Origin: Rhodanobacter sp.
GTDB taxonomy: Bacteria; Pseudomonadota; Gammaproteobacteria; Xanthomonadales; Rhodanobacteraceae
Assembly (NCBI GenBank): GCA_039926605.1
Contig: JBDSWR010000038.1
Location: 21,186-85,185, forward strand
DNA: 64,000 bases
Direction: 5' to 3'
The notes under the pieces are model-generated. The model saw only the letters and a program-made list of their open reading frames with translations, made no database searches and was not told where the DNA came from. Shown here in pieces: positions 61,037 to 64,000 of this stretch. Numbering within the stretch: position 1 is the stretch's first letter; each line of letters starts with the position of its first letter. The translations under genes and the position numbers were made by a program.

Positions 61037-63775
61037 ATGCGTGAGCAGCGCGAACCGGAATTTTTGCCGCCAGATGGCCCGTTGCGCGAAGACGTGAGCC
61101 GGCTGGGCGCGATGGTCGGCAGGCTGGTGGTCGAGCAGAGCGGGGAGGCGGCGTTTGCGCGCGTTGAGGCGGTGCGGCTCGCTGCGATCCAGCGGCGCCA
61201 CGATGGCGCGCCGGTCGACGCCCTCGCTACTTCCCTGGCTGGGCTGGAACCTGCGCTGGCGGAGACACTCGCACGCGCATTTGCCACGTATTTCCAGGTG
61301 GTGAATATTGCCGAGCGCGTGCATCGAATTCGTCGCCGGCGCGATTACCAGCGTGAAGGCAGCGCCGCGCAACCGGAGTCCCTGCTCGACGTCTTGACAG
61401 GGCTGAAGGCGCAGGGCGTGGGTGCTGACGAGCTGATTGGCTGGTTGGACCGGTTGTGGATCGAGCCGGTGTTTACCGCGCACCCGACTGAGGCCGTGCG
61501 TCGCTCCTTGCTGGAAAAGGAGCAGGCCATCGTGCGCTCGCTGATCGATGGCTTCGACCCGGAGCGCACACCGCAGGAGCGCACGGACGATGCCGAACGC
61601 ATCTTTGTCGCGCTGTCCGCCGGCTGGCAAACCGCCGAAGCATCCAGCGTGCGACCGAGTGTGCAGGACGAGTACGAGCATGTGGGTTTTTATCTGGCGA
61701 ATCCGCTGTATCGGGTCGTGCCGGCACTTTATGAGTCGCTGCACCGCGCCTTGCATGAAGTGTATGGAGTGGCGGTGACATTGCCGCGCCTGCTCGGCTT
61801 TGCCAGTTGGGTCGGTGGCGACATGGACGGCAATCCCGGTGTCGGCGCCGATACGCTGGCCGCCTGCCTGACCTCGCAGCGGGCAACGGTGCTTGAGCGC
61901 TACGCCGAGGAAGTGGCGGCGCTGGCGCGCCAGCTCAGCCAAACCGATGACCGGGTCGATATAGCGCCACCGCTGCGCGCGCGGCTGAACGCTTATCTGG
62001 TGCGTTATCCGGTCGCTGCCGCACTGATTCGCCCGCGGCACGCGGACATGCCTTACCGCTGTGTTTTGCATCTCATTGGCGCTCGCCTGCATGCCACCAC
62101 GCAGGCCGAGGCAGGCGGGTATGCGACGCCTGACGAGTTGCTCGATGACTTGCAGTTGATCGCTACCAGTCTGGTTGAGCATCGTGGTCTGCATGCCGGT
62201 ACCTATGCCGTCGCGCGTTTGATCTGGCGTGTTCGCAGTTTCGGCTTTCATCTGGCACGACTCGACGCGCGACAGGATTCACGTGTGCATGACGATGCGC
62301 TCGCAGCACTGCTTGGCGACCCTGACTGGGCAACCCGCAGCGCCACGGAGCGTGTGGATCGGCTGCGTCCGTATGCCAGCGGTACACAGGTGTTCGCCGC
62401 GTGTGCGGACCCGCAGGCCGCCGCGTTGCAAGCTGTGTTCACGGTTTTGCGCGACAGTCGCCAGCAGCACGGGGTCGGCGCCACTGGTCTGTACATCATC
62501 AGCATGGCGCGCTCAGTCGCTGATGTGCTGGCGGTCCTGGCGCTGGCGCGTCGGGGTGGTCTGGTGTCATCGCCCAGGGCCGATGCGCAGATTGGCACTC
62601 AGGGCGTCGCTGGCGTCCCGCTGGATATTGCCCCGTTGTTCGAAACCGTTGACGACCTGCACAACGCGCCCGCCACGTTGCAGGCGCTGCTCGATGATCC
62701 GGTGTATCGCCAACACCTGGCCGCGCGTAACGATCAGCAGTGGGTGATGCTGGGCTACTCCGACAGCGGCAAGGATGGCGGCACGCTGGCTTCACGCTGG
62801 GGTTTGCAGCGCGCGCAGGTGCGGCTGCTGGAAGTGGCGCACGCGGCGAACATCCAGTTGGCGTTTTTCCATGGTCGTGGTGGTTCGGCCAGCCGTGGCG
62901 GTGGGCGCATGACGCCGGCGCTGATGTCTTCGCCGCGCGGGGCAGTGGCTGGCGTGTTGCGGGTGACCGAACAAGGCGAGGTCATTCACCGCAAGTACGG
63001 TATCCGGGCGCTCGCGTTGCGGAATCTCGAGCAGACCGTCGGCGCGGTGCTGCGCGCAAGCTTGCGCCCACGCGCGGCCGAGCCGCGCGAAGAGCGCTGG
63101 CGCGGCCAGATGGATGCGCTGTCTGCAAGAAGTCGGGAAACCTATCGCGCGTTTGTCGAGCGCGAACACTTTGTGGATTATTTTCGTAGGGCAACGCCGA
63201 TCGACGTGATCGAGCAGATGACACTCGGTTCGCGCCCGGCCAGCCGCCGCAGCATGCACGGCGTGCAGGATCTGCGCGCCATCCCGTGGGTGTTTGCGTG
63301 GACGCAGTGCCGAGCCATCATTCCCGGCTGGTACGGTTTGGGTAGTGCGCTGGAATATGGCGTGCAGGAGTTCGGTGCCGAGGCGATGAGCGAGATGGCA
63401 CGCGATTGGCCGTTCTTCAACAACGCGCTGAACGACGTGGAAATGGTGCTGGCCAAGTGCGACCTGGATATCGCTGAAGCTTTCTCGGCGCTCGCCGGTC
63501 CGTTGCACGACGAATTTTTTGCCTTGATCCGCGCCGAGTTCGTACGCACCCGCACTGTTTTGCTGCGACTCAAGCACAGCGAGGCGTTGCTTGAGGGCGA
63601 CGCGCGTCTGGCCGCGTCGATTCGCCTGCGCAACCCGTATGTCGATCCGATGAGCCTGTTGCAAGTAGACCTGCTGCGGCGCTGGCGGGGGGGCAACCGC
63701 ACCGATGACACGTTGCTCCATGCACTGGTCGCCTGCGTCAACGGGGTCTCACAGGGTTTGCAGAACACCGGCTGA
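61037..63775 (+). CDS. ppc: Phosphoenolpyruvate carboxylase
   Basis: [39 protein letters not shown] and the C-terminal LQNTG. ATG at 61037 follows GGGAG. Confidence 0.95.
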   Translation: MREQREPEFLPPDGPLREDVSRLGAMVGRLVVEQSGEAAFARVEAVRLAAIQRRHDGAPVDALATSLAGLEPALAETLARAFATYFQVVNIAERVHRIRRRRDYQREGSAAQPESLLDVLTGLKAQGVGADELIGWLDRLWIEPVFTAHPTEAVRRSLLEKEQAIVRSLIDGFDPERTPQERTDDAERIFVALSAGWQTAEASSVRPSVQDEYEHVGFYLANPLYRVVPALYESLHRALHEVYGVAVTLPRLLGFASWVGGDMDGNPGVGADTLAACLTSQRATVLERYAEEVAALARQLSQTDDRVDIAPPLRARLNAYLVRYPVAAALIRPRHADMPYRCVLHLIGARLHATTQAEAGGYATPDELLDDLQLIATSLVEHRGLHAGTYAVARLIWRVRSFGFHLARLDARQDSRVHDDALAALLGDPDWATRSATERVDRLRPYASGTQVFAACADPQAAALQAVFTVLRDSRQQHGVGATGLYIISMARSVADVLAVLALARRGGLVSSPRADAQIGTQGVAGVPLDIAPLFETVDDLHNAPATLQALLDDPVYRQHLAARNDQQWVMLGYSDSGKDGGTLASRWGLQRAQVRLLEVAHAANIQLAFFHGRGGSASRGGGRMTPALMSSPRGAVAGVLRVTEQGEVIHRKYGIRALALRNLEQTVGAVLRASLRPRAAEPREERWRGQMDALSARSRETYRAFVEREHFVDYFRRATPIDVIEQMTLGSRPASRRSMHGVQDLRAIPWVFAWTQCRAIIPGWYGLGSALEYGVQEFGAEAMSEMARDWPFFNNALNDVEMVLAKCDLDIAEAFSALAGPLHDEFFALIRAEFVRTRTVLLRLKHSEALLEGDARLAASIRLRNPYVDPMSLLQVDLLRRWRGGNRTDDTLLHALVACVNGVSQGLQNTG

Positions 63776-63823
63776 TCATTGCATCGCTGGCGGTATATAC
63801 AGCCCGCGAGTGGACTCCCACGG

Positions 63824-64000
63824 CTACGGTTTGGCGGTGAGGGCCGCGATGCGTTGCGCACGTGGCAACTTCTTCCACGCGATCTCCAGGCGCAGCGCGT
63901 CGCCATGGCCGATGACCCAGACCCAACCCAGCAGATGGCGTGGTGGATTGGAGCGGGTGAAGCGGGCGCCTTTGCCGCTGACGTGTTTGGCGTAACGCAG
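63824..64000 (-). CDS. C-terminal 58 codons of an unidentified protein; the 5' end is off-window
   Basis: The minus-strand frame from 64000 reads LRYAKHVSGKGARFTRSNPPRHLLGWVWVIGHGDALRLEIAWKKLPRAQRIAALTAKP* with high third-position GC. It is not in the ORF track because it is truncated. Confidence 0.45.
   Translation of the reverse strand: MRYAKHVSGKGARFTRSNPPRHLLGWVWVIGHGDALRLEIAWKKLPRAQRIAALTAKP

Noticed and set aside
55444-63962. A 14-nt identity (TGGAGCGGGTGAAG) between the tRNA-Gly 3' end (55444-55457) and 63949-63962. This could mark att sites of an integrated island.
   Set aside because: - The second copy lies on the 5' side of the tRNA gene, not beyond its 3' end.
- The interval holds only core genes (trmB, ahcY, ppc) and no integrase.
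- A chance 14-mer match is expected several times in 64 kb of GC-biased sequence.

Overview
This is a visibly GC-rich gammaproteobacterial chromosomal segment. Gene content and order suggest Xanthomonadales/Lysobacterales, but that is an inference and was not searched. The window is almost entirely core housekeeping. In order it contains:
- rph (partial), yicC and gmk.
- A complete Mla lipid-asymmetry locus: mlaFEDCB plus a convergent mlaA.
- rpoZ-spoT-ridA-recG.
- A nucleoside hydrolase, L31 type B and gltA.
- mrcA, divergent from pilMNOPQ.
- A six-gene MoxR/Bat-type operon.
- A macro-domain protein, an M28 peptidase, mscL and an FAH-family enzyme.
- A four-gene adaptor/ATPase/two-permease ABC exporter.
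- AtoE-like and EamA transporters, a Rieske protein and an LMW tyrosine phosphatase.
- algC/xanA, an SLC13-type transporter, metF and ilvE.
- A ColRS-like two-component system and a rimB-like/rimK pair.
- tRNA-Gly(CCC), a large FecR/DUF6600-type secreted protein and trmB.
- ahcY with an SAH riboswitch, then ppc.

I saw no CRISPR array, IS element, transposase, integrase, phage gene or recognisable defence gene. Many long ORFs in the track are antisense artefacts of the high GC content. I separated them from real genes by recognisable family motifs, third-codon-position GC judged by eye, and start-site context.

I do not see a convincing new multi-gene system. The best leads are:
- An MlaD with two tandem MCE domains.
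- The poorly understood Bat-type operon.
- A secreted FecR/DUF6600 protein with a roughly 400-aa Arg-rich tail.
- A structured element in the metF leader.
- A decayed gene remnant at 31.9-32.4 kb.
- A few unexplained intergenic structures.

All family assignments come from reading the translations. No database search was run.
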